DNA of 64,000 nucleotides from assembly GCF_036321535.1 (NCBI RefSeq), contig NC_087436.1, positions 100,690,001-100,754,000 on the forward strand, given 5' to 3'. Shown in pieces: positions 37,422-50,399 of the stretch (the stretch's first letter is position 1; each line of letters starts with the position of its first letter). This DNA is from Camelus dromedarius. Taxonomy: Eukaryota. Position numbers and translations under genes: made by a program. Below the pieces are notes generated by a model. It saw only the letters and a list, made by a program, of their open reading frames with translations, made no database searches and was not told where the DNA came from.

Positions 37422-38022
37422 CTTCTGCTGCACTAGCCTGCAAGAATGACGGCACAGTTCTAGCTGGGAGGTCCTGTTGGCTTGTGTGCTTCACAGAGAG
37501 GTTGGTGGCAACAATCCTTAGCCACAGAAAGTTTGAGAAAAGGCTAAAAGTGATTTATTTCTCCAGTGAGCTCACTACGAACTGCATTCATTCCCCTGGC
37601 AAAGCGAGTTAAACAGAGTGGTTTGGTTCTCAGCAGGACAACACACAGCTCTACCTCTCATAAGCTTTCTTGACACATTTTTTATTAGCATCAAAAGCCT
37701 CCACCAGCTCTAGGAACTCATCTTCCAGAGTAATTTATGAGTTCTTTCCCTTGATTTTTTTATCTCTCCCAAGGAACCCCCAAGCATTCCGGTTGCTGCC
37801 CACAGCCCACCCACCTCTGTTTTAATAAGAGATGAGAGAAGACAAGACATAAGGAGCATTTTCTGACTCTCACTATTTTGCATTAAATAAACACCAGGGT
37901 TCGATTTTTGCCAGACTCCTTTGTTACAGGAATTTGGCTCCATCCCAGCTCTAGTTTCTGTGGCTGAATCTTTACCCTGCTGTGTCCTCACCATGGTTCT
38001 CTGCCCACACAAGGGAGGCTCA

Positions 38023-38645
38023 TGGAGAGACAGGAAGGAAGAGGGCAGGGCACAACCATTACAAGAATGACACAGCAATTAGCACCAAAATGGTGGAAGA
38101 TTCAACTCCCAGTAGACCTTGAGCTTCAGTATACACTCACCGAAATACAATAGCTGCTAAATGGTCTTCCCACAGGTGCCAGGGCCGTTTTAAGGCTGAT
38201 CACAAAAGGCCAAAGAGTGAGTGATGGCCCAGTTCCTGGGAATCCCAGCCCCTTCCCCCAAGGTAGATGGAATAATCCTCCCACTTATTAGCATATGAAG
38301 TTACCAAGCCCATAAAAACTAACCACCCACACACCTAGTGGCCGCTTTCTCTTCCGAGTGAGACGGACAGCACTCTGTCTATAGTGTGTGTAACTACTGT
38401 TACTTTAAATTGAGTACCTAACCCCACACCTCATGGCCTTTATCTTGCCTTCTGAAACAACCTGCACTCTGTCTCTAGAGTATGTATCTCTCTAAATAAA
38501 CCTACCTTTACTCAACTGTGGCTCGCTCTTGAAATCCTTTCCTGCACAAAACCAAGGACTCACACTTGGTGGATCGTGTCCCAGGGACTTAGTTGAGACC
38601 TGGGACATGGCTATCCTCTGGCCCCACATTTTTCCTATGTCAACA
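38023..38645 (+). mobile_element. MER41-like ERV1 solo LTR
   Basis: TG...CA; 'caccaaaatggtggaag', 'cagttcctgggaa', CATAAAAA TATA-like box, AATAAA near 38495 and 'ctcgctcttgaaatcctttcctg..aaccaaggac'. Internal ~97-bp duplication (~38321-38489). Confidence 0.7.
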
Positions 38646-38689
38646 TTCTACTTTATAATACTACTCATTCAAAACCTTGAACAGAGCCC

Positions 38690-38875
38690 CAGTATTTATT
38701 CACTCAACAACTATTTATTGAACATTGCAACCCAGGAATTGTGCTTGGTGCTTGGGCTATAACCATGAACAAGACAAGGTTCCTGCCTCCAAGGGGCTTG
38801 CAATACTGTCTAGAGGAAGGCATAAAACAATGAATTATAAGATCACTTGAAAAGGTCAGTGAGAGAGGATAGAGT
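38690..38875 (-). mobile_element. L2 3' end
   Basis: 'ttattcactcaacaactatttattgaaca..tgaacaagacaaggttcctgcctccaagg'. Confidence 0.75.
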
Positions 38876-38876
38876 T

Positions 38877-40150
38877 GTGATAAGACCGTGGGCTTCAGTC
38901 CACTTTTTCTTTACTTTTGCTCAATGAAACTATACTCCCTTATAAAGAAGTAGCATACAGGTCCCTGCCTCTACTTTCTGGGGAATGAAATTCAAAAACA
39001 GGCCCTCAGAATGGAACATTGGGATGGATTTCTCCCTGTTCAGGTGACATCATTATCAGTGGGGCAGTGATAACATCTGTCATATGGTAGCATCACAATT
39101 ATTAATTGGAATGAAATTAAGCTTTAGAAGTTAGTCATCAGGATATATGGCAGCTGTGTCACTTGAAAGGCATGGGGCAGGAATCATTTTAAGGAGTTTG
39201 AAGTGAACTGGCTTATGTTAACTGCAACGGAAGCCTTGTAAGAGGAAACTTATAAGCTAAGGGCACCTCACTTCTAACTTAGGAAATTATGAAGTACCAC
39301 GTTAGCAGATTTTGCAAATTTTGAAAAGACTGTCATCACTTGCAGCTGCTTACTATTGAGAAAACCAGACCAGGATCTTACTTTAAGGTCTCAGAGCTGT
39401 AAAAGAGGCTGATCTTGGGACACCAAGTGATGATGAGACTGACAGAGGCCGTCATGAGCTGGGAATTATTAAATTCACAAAACCATACGGTTAAGTGGGC
39501 ACAGTGGAGAGCCAAAGTACTACAATAAAATTGTATATTTGGGATTAAGTTGGAACAGGTCTGGAAGGAAAAAACTACTTTACATAAACAGTAAGACAGA
39601 TAACTTGTCAACCATTTCTATTACACTGATGACTCTGCTGCAATTCACATCTACAGCTAGTGGAGGGAAGTGTTCCTTCAGGCCAAATGGCAGAGGAGAG
39701 AACTTGAGCCCAGTTCACAAGTTGCATTTGGCTGAAGGTTGGTGCTAATCAAAAATGGGTAACTGATACATCACGGCTTTATTTAAGTATAGCCTTAAAG
39801 TGCTTTGGTGATGAAGACGCAGTGGTCAGTGCTTCAGCTGTAAGCCTATTGTCTAATTTGTATAGGGGGAGAGGTGACCTGAGGTAGTCATCCTGTTGCT
39901 GGTACATGAAGAGTTTATGCATTGATGTTTATACAATAAACCCAACATCAAGGGCTCTTTTTTTCAGCAAGCTACACTTTCCAGTATAAAAGACCTCTAA
40001 TTATCATTTTTTCTTAAGAAAAGTAGCCAGCCATTTAGTGATGGGTGGATTATATCAAACACTCTACACTCTGAAGGAGACAGAGATTTGTCTTTACTGG
40101 AATTCACCTTTATTCCATCTATGTATTGACCTTTCTTACCCACAGTGCCC
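38877..40150 (+). mobile_element. ERVL LTR remnant plus heavily deleted internal region (gag, RNaseH and integrase remnants)
   Basis: LTR-like end 'tctactttctggggaa..aaaaca' at ~39000; gag-like 39050-39600; RNaseH-like 39720-39890; integrase-like 'gtggattatatc..gacagagatttgtctttactggaatt' (VDYI..QRFVFTGI) at ~40045-40110. Confidence 0.65.
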
Positions 40151-40584
40151 ATGCCAAGAAAATATCCGGGGTCTCAGATGTCTTTGCCGCCAATTGAAAG
40201 GAGACCATGCACCTAGTTGTAGTTGGATGGAACTCAATTGTATTACCTATAGATGATCACTGAGACTTAATGTCTTGGTAGTTTATTTGCCTCTGCCTGT
40301 ATGATCTGACCTTGTGCTTATAGCTCTGAATTGAACAATTACTCCATTTGGTTCTTGGACTATGCTGTGCTAATATGCAATATGATTCCATCTCCTTGGC
40401 TTGTACTGGTGCTTTTGAACATGTTTGACATTCCAATATTGCTTCATAAGAACTGACTCCTGGGTTTATTTTAGCCCTGTGATCTTTTACCTTATCTTAT
40501 TACAAGCTAACAGTTTAGAGACTTCAAATAATGTCACATTACATACGTTAAATATTCTGCTTCCATTTTGAAAATAAAGTATAG

Positions 40585-40722
40585 ACAGTTTCCTCATCTG
40601 TGAAATAGAGATAGTGTTTATTGATGTAAAGATTAAATGAAATCGTATATATGATGTTCTCAGAAGTTCTCAGAAGTATGCCTAGCATATATTAAGTTCT
40701 TGTAAATATTTGTATTATTATT
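40585..40722 (+). mobile_element. MIR
   Basis: 'cagtttcctcatctgtgaaatagagata..gattaaatgaaat' core. Confidence 0.85.
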
Positions 40723-40845
40723 CATGTGTGTATCATTCATAAGGAACTCAAAATAGGAATATTTGTGTATATACCAGAAAAAGTAAATGAATAACAATGA
40801 ACTTCAACTTCTATTTATTCACTGAGGTTGAGACAGAGTAACCAC

Positions 40846-40915
40846 TAGATAGATGATAGATGCAGGTGGATGATAGATAGATAGATAGGTAGATAGATAG
40901 ATAGATTGATAGATA
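40846..40915. repeat. Imperfect (GATA)n microsatellite
   Basis: Read directly from the sequence. Confidence 0.9.
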
Positions 40916-41329
40916 CATGCCTAGATTTCCATTGAACTATTATAAACCTTAAATTTAGAACTTCTTAACTGCTGCTAAATTTTTTTTCTGGTACCCCATG
41001 GAAATGAATTATAACGCACTTGAACATGTGGTAAGATGTCAGCCTCAGTATGATTCCTAATCAGATGAAATAACTTCTACTTTTCCTGCCAAGAGGAGCC
41101 CTTACCTTTTTAAGAACACTACTTAATCATCAGGATACAGGTTATAGATCACTTTTCTTCCATGCAAGAAGTAGACTTCCGAGTTGAAAGAGGAATTGCT
41201 GTATACATGTTTTACGGCTTAACATTATCATATACCGAAGGACATATTTTGCTCTTAACTCTTTCTAATTGATAGATGCATGCAGAAAGGTATTAAATCT
41301 TTTCATATCCTAGAGTATTCTTAAATTTT

Positions 41330-42360
41330 TCATGCTTTCAAGGCTTTACATATATTATTCCCTCTTCCTGTAATATTATAAACTGTTTTTTCAAGACTCA
41401 GCTCAAATGTCACTTCCCTATGAGTGTAATTCCAAATTAAAGAGTAAAATTCAAAATCTTTGGAAAAATGTTGCAAAATCTGCCCTTAACTCCAACTTCT
41501 GCCCTCTCTGTCCCTTAACCCCTCAAACCATCATATCTTTACACAAATGTCACCTCAAGGGGTCCTTCCTCAGATACTGTTAGTATTAGTTTTCCTTTGG
41601 TTGCTATAAAAAATCACCACAAACTAGGTGGATTAAAATAATAAAAATGTATTCCCTCACGATTCTGAAGGCCCAAAAAGTCCAAAGTTTAAGTTTCATT
41701 TGACCAAAATCAAGATTTTGGCAAGGTCACACTCCTGCAGGAGGCTCTAACGGGGAATCCATTCCTTGCTTCTTCCACCTTCTGGTGGCTGCCAGCATTC
41801 CTTGGCTTGTGGCCACAAATGCCCAATCTTCAAAGCCAACATCTTCAAAATTTTCTCTGCCCCATCTTCACACTACTTTCTGCTTTGTGTGTGTTTAATT
41901 TCCTGCTGCTTTGCTTTTGTTAGAATATCTATAAATGCATTCAGGGCTCATCCAGATAATCCAGAATAATCTTCCCATCTCAGGATCCTTAATCTCATCT
42001 GCAAAGTCTTTACCACATAGAATAACATTTACAAATTCCATTGATTAGAACTTAATATCTATGTGAATGATCACTCAGCCTGCTGCACCATTAGAAGAAA
42101 ATATTATGACCTGGATTACCACCTGTGCTTGCTGACATTCTATATGACCCTCCTTTGCTTTATTCTTCTCCAAAGAAATTATAGTTAACTATCATACCTT
42201 ATATTTTACTTATTAACCTTGCTTTTTCCTATCCCACTAGAATGTCAACTCCATGAAATCAATCATTTTTAAACTATTATAGAAGAATACTTATCACTTA
42301 ATAGTTCCTCAAAAATATTTGTTGGAAAATGAAGGACACAAAGAAGGAATAAATGAATAA
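41330..42360 (+). mobile_element. L2 fragments split by the MLT1C insertion
   Basis: 'tcaagactcagctcaaatgtcacttcc' on the left; 'cccactagaatgtcaactccatga..aatatttgttggaa..aataaatgaat' on the right. Confidence 0.6.
41582..42087 (-). mobile_element. MLT1C-like LTR
   Basis: 'accacaaactaggtggattaaaa', 'ttctggtggctgccagcattccttggcttgtggcc' and 'gataatccagaataatcttcccatctca'. Confidence 0.85.
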
Positions 42361-43844
42361 TTATGTTACAAAATTTACATCTCTATTTTTAGTTATAGAG
42401 CCTTAAATTAGATCCTATAAGTAAATGCTATGGTAGTAAATATTCTAGCACTAGAACTGTTCAAAAAGATATTATACAACTCTTTTCTGAGAACATTCTC
42501 AAGGGACTTGTATGTCCAATAATAGTTAGGCAAGATATATATCCCTTCCAAACCAATTTGAGATTGTTAAGATATTTAATATTCCTAATATCACATAGGC
42601 TTCTTCTTCCCTTTTCATCTAGGTATTTTCACTTCTACTTGAGAAGTGAGTGATATTTGGTGGGTCCTGATTCACTAATTCATCTTATAAAATCAGTTAT
42701 TTTTCCTTTTTCAATAACATTCAGTGGAGAGAGAGAAACAGCACATGCACAAGTGATGATTTTCTAAGGATTAACATTTAATTTATTATTAAATTGTGCC
42801 AAGCATGTTAGGTATCTGCACTGGGATTGATGGGGAAAGAAGAGCAAGGATGGACCAGTGCCAGGTGCTGGAGCCTAGGCAGTGTGAGGAATGCAACCAT
42901 TTAGGAAGGATGCCTGGTTAAATGTCAGAGATGAACAACAGGGCAATTGAGCACAAGATACCAGAGCTTGAGGGGGTGAGTAAGCTTTTATGTAGGCTAG
43001 GGGTGCCCATGGAAGAGTGACAAAGCTTGAGTTAAGTGGAAGGGGCATCTTGGTGGGAAGGAGGCCAGTATGGATGTAAAGAGAGCTTCTTTGAAGTGGA
43101 GTTGCCTGACACAGATTGTTAAAACACAGAAAGTGAGGGCATTGTCAACACTTGGCTCTTGGTGTGGACTGTCAAAGCCTGAGGATAAAAAGTTTTTTCA
43201 ACTAACATAGGGACAGTACATATATATTAAGCACACCTATATTAATGTTACTACAGATCAGTTATTGGAATTCACATCTAAACTGCACAGAAATATAAAA
43301 ATTTCAAGTTCACTAAGGAATTTTATAAAGCATCTGCTATATAGGATAATAGCAATGCAAGATAATAGTCTTCTCTCCAGTTGATCATGAAACATGAATG
43401 ACTGAGTTTTATACTCAACTTAAGCATTAGTGGTTCTAAAATGCATCCAAGTCATTAGTCAGGTATTTGGTAAGAAGGCACAAGAGTTCATAGTCCTAGG
43501 CATTGATTTTACCATGACACCGTGGGCAACGGAAATAAATTAGTACAGAAAAAGAGAATAGAAGGGAAAAGAAAAGCTTACATGATATATATGGCAGCCA
43601 TGAAGGTGAATGACTCAGATAATCAGAAAGTGCATCAAAAAAGAAACTGATATTCATCTACAAGAAGCGCAAGTTGCTAACATCTAAAACTGGAGCACTT
43701 CAGGATCTGCTTCATCTCTTAAGCCAAAGACACATTCACCATCTGTAGGTCCAAATCAATAACCAAGCTGAGAACATAATGGGCCTGATAAGGGAGGAAG
43801 GAGACTATGTATCAAAATAGCTGCCAGCATTAGCCAGTATTATT

Positions 43845-44978
43845 ATAATTTAATAAATTATATTAAATGAAAATGGGTTAAACACTTCATTCAAAAAGCA
43901 CAATTTGTCAGAATGTATAAAAAAATTATACAACTCTATCCTGTCTATAAGAGACATACTTCAGACTCAAAGACACAAATTGTTAAAAATTAAAATAACA
44001 GAAGAGAATATACCAGCAGCTACCTAAGAGAACAGAAGTAACTATGCTAGTATCAGACAAAACATATTTTAAGGCAAAATTAATTACTAGAGACAAAAAT
44101 GTACACTTCATAATGATAAGAGGAACAGTCCTTCAGGAAGATATATACCAATTATAGATATATACACCAAACAAAAAAGTCCTGAGATACATAAGCAAAA
44201 CCAGACAGAATTGAGGTAGAAATAGGCAATTTTACAATTGTAACTGAAGATTAACAGTTGCAGTTGAAAACTATAATACCCCACTTTCAATAACACATAG
44301 AATAGGCAAAAGATAAACAAAAATATAGAAAACTTGAACAGTGTATACAAAGGAAAACTAATGGACATTTATAAGACACAGTATCCAATAACAGCAGGTG
44401 TATCTTCTCAGGAACACAGGAAACATTCTCAAAAATAAAACATGGATGGAACCATAAAAAAGCCTCAATAGATCTAAAATAATTAAAATTATACAAAAAA
44501 AAATGTTCTCTGACGACAGTGAATCTAAACTGGGTATCAAAAACAAATGAAAATTTATGGAATTCACAAATATATGGAAATTAAACAAAATGTTTCCAAA
44601 TAACCAACAGATCAAAGAAGAAATCATGAGGGAAATTAAAAAAATAAATAAAAAACAATATACCAAGACCTATAGATGCAAAAGTAGTGTTCATAGGGCA
44701 ATTTAAAGCTGTAAAAGTCTATATTCAAAAATAAGAAAGATCTCAAGCCAATAAGAAACCTTCCACTTTTTGTCAGGAATACAAGGTTAGTTTAATATCC
44801 AAAAATCTATCACTATAATATACCATATTTAAAATGTAAAGGACAAAACCATATCTAAATAGATACATAAAAAAGCATTTGACAGTATCCAGCAGTCTTT
44901 CATGATTAAAAACACTCAACAATCTGGTATAGGAGGGAATTTCTTCAACCTGACAAAGTGCATCTATAAAAACAAACA
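43845..44978 (+). mobile_element. L1M ORF2 fragment (endonuclease region, then a deletion to the pre-RT region)
   Basis: A-rich; 'aaatgaaaatgggttaaac', 'ctgtctataagagaca', 'aaaagcatttgaca', 'tcttcaacctgacaaag'. Confidence 0.85.
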
Positions 44979-46112
44979 ATTGCTGCTACCAATAAACTGC
45001 TTGCACACTTATCTTACCATGTCTTTGTATAGAATCCAAAGGACATATCATACAATTTATCAAATTTGGTTGCAAGTATAGGTATATCTGAAATATTTCT
45101 TTAAAAGAACCCAAATTTAAGGATAATCTTTCATCATAAAATCAAATACATACCAATGCATATACTTCAAAACATTTTAAGATATCATTGTTGGAAATCA
45201 ATTTTGTAACGAAACAAATTATTTAATATAAATACCCAAGTGGTCAACTTAGCCTTTTCCACTCTCAATAATGTTATTTTTGCTGTTTTATTGAGGATTG
45301 AAAGAATTAAGTGATTTGGACACAGTTAATTTAGAGTTGAGTACTTAAGATTTCTGGCACTAAACTTGGAGCAGTTCAGTTTTACTGCAGAAACAAACTA
45401 AATCATCTACCTTCAATTTTAAAAGTAATAACAACAAAAACAAAAGAAAAAACATGAAATCAGTCCTATAATATTGCTAAAAGACAAATGTAGAATTTTT
45501 TTGGACTTGCCAGAAAGCATAACTTTCCCCAATCAGATTATTTCTGTATAGCATTTCATATTTCAGTTTCACAATGAAAACATTAAGCGGTTATTTCTTT
45601 AGTAGAGACATTGTGGCAATTAAATTAAGTAAATGTTAAATTAAATGTTACATTAAAGCAACATTTTAAAAAAAAAAATAACAAATTGTAAGCATTCTTC
45701 CAATAGAAGAGTCAGTTTTGGTGCCATTACATTAAAAAAAACCCACTGACACAACTTTTTATTCTCTTGATTAAAAGCCAGCCATCCTCACTCTCTCCCA
45801 CATTTATAGCACAGTCTACTGGACTTTGGCAAAGCTGCTGTGACCACAAACTGTTTCTTGAATCAGAGGTAATGAGCAGACTTGTGTGCCAATTCTTGAA
45901 CAATGAGTTTGGTTTTCCAGCATTTCTGGAAGAAACTGTTAACCTTTGCCATTTTTTTTTCCCTCAGCTGTTGTTTCTCTGCAGTACTCACAGAATACAG
46001 ATTTTGACCATCTGGGGTCCACACATAGAACAGTGTGAGGCATGACATGCCTGCTTGAAACAGATTTATCTCCTGTTTAGGAATGATTATAATAAAAATA
46101 TGTAATACAAGA

Positions 46113-46524
46113 TGTTATGGATTTAACTGTGTCTCCCTCCCAGAAAAGGCATGTTGATGTTCTAACCCTCAGGACCTCAGAATGTGACCTTATTTACAAA
46201 GGGAGTCAAGTTAAAGCGAGATCATTAGGCTGAGTTCTAACACAGGATAACTTCCTTACAAACGGGAAATTCAGGCAAAGAGACAGACACGTGAGGGAAG
46301 ATGATGGGAAGACACAGAGAGAATGCCATCTACAATCCAGGGAATGTCTGAGGCCAGCAAAAGCTAGGAGTGGGATTTGGAACAAATGCCCCCTCACAGC
46401 CCTCAGAAGGAGCCAACCCTGCTGACACCTTGATTCAGACTTCTAGTTTTCAGAACTGTGAGAAAGTAAATTTCTGTTGTTTATGTCACCCACTTTGTTA
46501 CAGCAGCCCCAGGAAACTAATACA
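46113..46524 (+). mobile_element. MLT1B LTR
   Basis: TGTTATGG...AACTAATACA; 'ccctcagaaggagccaaccctgctgacaccttgatt'; TSD caaga/caagg. Confidence 0.9.
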
Positions 46525-46795
46525 CAAGGTGAGGTTAATTCACTGTACAACGTATGAACTTCATTTCAGGAATAATTCATTCTGGGAAGTACTTTACTAT
46601 AGTTCCCTTCAGTCGGTATGATTTTGAATAAGATCACATTTCTATATTTGTCATGTACATTGACCTTCCCTGTCTACTCCTAAAATCTCCCATTCCTCAC
46701 AAAGCAATAAAGGAATCAGTGAAGGCATACCATTTGAACAGGAATCTTTTTTCACTGAAAAGAGTTAACAAAAAGCATTCACTCTGAAGAGTTCT

Positions 46796-47338
46796 TGTGG
46801 TAGGCAACCTTTACGATGGCTTCTAATGGTCCCTGCCTCACAGCATTTGTGCTTTTCTTAACCTCCTCCTTTTGAGTGTGGGCTCAATTCCAATAGAACA
46901 TGGTGGGAGCGATGGGACATCACACTGAAGTTTAGATTGTAAAGACTCTGACTCCCATATTTGGTGCTTTCATGCTCCATCTGGATTGCTTAGACTGGGG
47001 GAACCTACCATGTTTTGAGGAACCCAATGTAGAGGCCTCTGCATGATGGGAAAGAGCTGAGGCCTTAACAGTGGTTTAATAGTCCACAAGGAATTGAATC
47101 CTGCCAATAGCACCTGCCTGAAAGCAGATACTTCAGCTCATCAAATTCTGAGATAACACAGCAGCTTTGGCCAACATCCCAGCAACAACCTCAGAAGAGA
47201 TCACGAGCTCCACAGAGGCACCCCACTGAGCGGTATCTGTATTTTCTGACCCACAGATTACATGAAACAATAAATGATTGTCATTTCAGCTCCTAAATTT
47301 TAGGGTGATTATTTACACAGAAATATATAAATAATACA
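46796..47338 (+). mobile_element. MLT1F-like LTR
   Basis: TGTGGTAGGC...TAATACA; 'cacaaggaattgaatcctgccaa' and 'ttctgacccacaga'. Confidence 0.8.
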
Positions 47339-47959
47339 GAGCTAAAATAATTATTAAAGATTTTTCTCCCTTTGTGTGATATCATCATCTTTAGATCATT
47401 ACATTACTTTTGAGATTTTATGGAAAATATAAGCAATGATAATGCTGAAAGCAAAAAGAAATGTGTGAGAGGACTACGTCTCTAAATTGTTAACAAAGGC
47501 TTAGTCTGTGGTTTCACAATTGCTTCTATCAGGTGAAATTTGCTTTAGAAACACATTTGCAAAGCTTCATCATGCATGCAGAGCACCTAAAATAACCTGC
47601 ATGCATATTCTTCTTTCTAACACATACCTTGGTTCAATTTCTGTCAGATACTGAAAAGTTATTTTTTGTTGTTGCCATTGTTAACAGAATTGTGTTATTA
47701 ACCTATACATTCTATTGTGATATTAATAACGTTTTATTTGGTGTAAGAAATCTACAATGCTGTTAATAAGATTAGACAATTTTGTAAAGAAACTATTGAG
47801 CACAGGGAAATGTGGCACTTGTCAATGAAAGACTGGTCCAAAAAAACCAGTATTATTTCTTTTATACACTTTTTGGGGGGATTCCCCAAAATTTGTGCAT
47901 TTTACTGGATAACAGGTGAAATAAATGTCTTTTATTATTCAATCCAACATTATCATAAA

Positions 47960-48452
47960 TACATTAATTTTCTATTGTTGCTGTAACAAACTATCCCAAG
48001 TTCAGTGACTTACAACAGCAGAAATATATTACCTTAAAGTTCTGGAGGTCAGGAATATGGCATGGGACCAAAATCAAAGTCTTGGTAGAGAGTGTTTCTT
48101 TCTGAAGACCCTAGGGAGACAATCCATTTCCATGCCCTTTTCAGCTTCAAAAAGCTGCCTGCATTTCTTTCCAGCCTCTTCTTCCATCTTTAAAGCTAGC
48201 AACAATACAGGTCCAGCGGTTCCCACATCATCTCTCTCTGACCCATTTTCTGTTGTTGCATCTATGTCTGACCACAACTGGGGATGTTCTCTGCTTTTAA
48301 GGACTCATATCATTAGAATGAACCCACATGGATAATCCAGGGTAATTTCACCATTTTAAGATCTGTAGCCTTGATGACACCTATGAAGTTCCTTTGCCAT
48401 GTGCAGTAACATATCCATATGTTTCAGAAAATAGGGCCTTTATTCTGCCCAG
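47960..48452 (-). mobile_element. MLT1D-like LTR
   Basis: 'ttctattgttgctgtaacaaactatccca..agttctggaggtcag..cttttaaggactcat..gataatccagg'. Confidence 0.8.
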
Positions 48453-50399
48453 TGAATCATAATAATAGATGTCGGTATTTGCTTAGTAAATAATACAATA
48501 AATAATGTGCTTACTTCTGAAATTTCACATCAATGTATATACTCAAGAATGTAAAGACCTATGTAAATATTTAGGCATGCATACACTTACCTTGGTGTTC
48601 CACTTCAAAAAATAAAATTTAATAACACAACAAACAGATTTTATTTTATATAAAAGTACAATACTTTAAAGAAAGCAAGTTCTAATAAAATAGACTAAAT
48701 TTCCAGCAACTTTAGTAGATTAAAAAAGAAAAAAACATTGCTATTACAAATAATTTTTGACATAACTGTAGCTGATTTTTTTTTCTAGTCACTGAAAATC
48801 ATGAAGATAGTCATATTGATCAACATTTAAGTCTGCTCTTTTAATAAGAATAACTGATTTTTAATGTAAAATTTTAAAAAGGAATTAGTAACATTAAAAT
48901 CATACCATTAAGTTATGTGGAAATGAATGTAAAAATACAAATCATTGTAAATAAGACTATAGGTGAAGCTCACAGTCTATTTTCCATTTTTTCAGGTAAT
49001 ATTTTTTGGACCATTAATATTATAACAACATAAGTTTAAGACAGATCTGCCAGTTTCTCAAGATAACTACTATGCAATATTCATGCTGAATTGAACCACA
49101 AGCTCATATTAGTTTCTCTACAGAAGGTGACTGGTATTGAGGAAGTAACATCAAACACTTTATTACATTTATTAAATAAGCCTTAAAAAGCACATCAAGG
49201 CTGCTTATAAACTATCACCCTTCTCTTTTGCTCTAAATAAATGAAAGTATTCCCAGGACATATTCTGAAAAGTGCATGCATTCAAATTGTACTTTCTGAA
49301 AAGAAATATTTCCCTATAGCTTTAATCAAAATAATGTAAATCCCAAATCCACCAACATTATTAAGAGAATCACTGCAATGAAATTTTAATTTTATTTTTT
49401 GTGAAAACATGATATTTGTATGATGTTTTAATCAACTGATTATAGTAATAATTTCTTTAGTAATAAAAGGAAATAAAATAACACTTGGAGTAAATGCTAA
49501 CTATTATTGAAATAAATTTAATTACATATGCACACATAGCTACCAAGAAGAATAAAAGGATGATTAATGAAAGATCTTTAACATAAAATTTAAACTAAAT
49601 TTAATGAGAAAAATGGAGAGAAAAAGCTAGTTAAAGGGGAAAGGAAAAAGAACTCATATTTCTAAATTTTAAGGCAGAATTTTTTTACATTTCTAAAAAG
49701 ATAGAGAAGGAATCAAATTACTGTGTCATTTATATTCTATTGGCTAGAGTTGAAGAGTGATGTAACATTTTATTTGAAATATCAAATATTTATAAATTCT
49801 AAAAGTTATATCATTTGAAAATTCTTTAAACATATGATTTTAAAATGTATATATGACAAGTTCAAAATGCTCACAGGGGTTACATAGTTTTTAAAATTTT
49901 TCCAAAAAATGTTTAAGGTTATTACACTAAAATATATTTCAGACTCAGTTTTGAGTCATTAATTACAGACCTCCAATTGTCATGGTAAGTTTTCCAGTGA
50001 AGTCTCTACATCTTATTTTGCAAATTGCAAATCAGTGGAGATCATTAACCCTCAAGATAATGTTAAGATCCATTGACCCCAATTTTCATTTATCTTTTTC
50101 TTTTTCCAGTAGTTCTATTTGTAAGAATAGATACTTCATGAATTTTATTTTTCTTAAAGGTTTTTGAAGAAAATAATTGCTTATTTTTCATAGAATAAAA
50201 TTAAATTAAGTTTACTTTGCAAATTACTGTAAGGATTCTTTATACCTTGCATAAATCTGTGATACATTTATGAGATCTTAGTGATGTTTTTTCTATATGT
50301 TGGAACACTTTTTTCTATTTCATCATCTTATTTGCTATTTAAACTGGTAAACATTGCTATTAATCATTACTGTTACCATTTAATCATTACTCATAAATT

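Noticed and set aside
42790..43110. Purine-rich LTR-like block ending tgaca
   Set aside because: Probably an ancient repeat, but I could not support a family or boundaries.
44108..44979. Cluster of hydrophobic minus-strand ORFs
   Set aside because: They are antisense readings of A-rich L1 ORF2.
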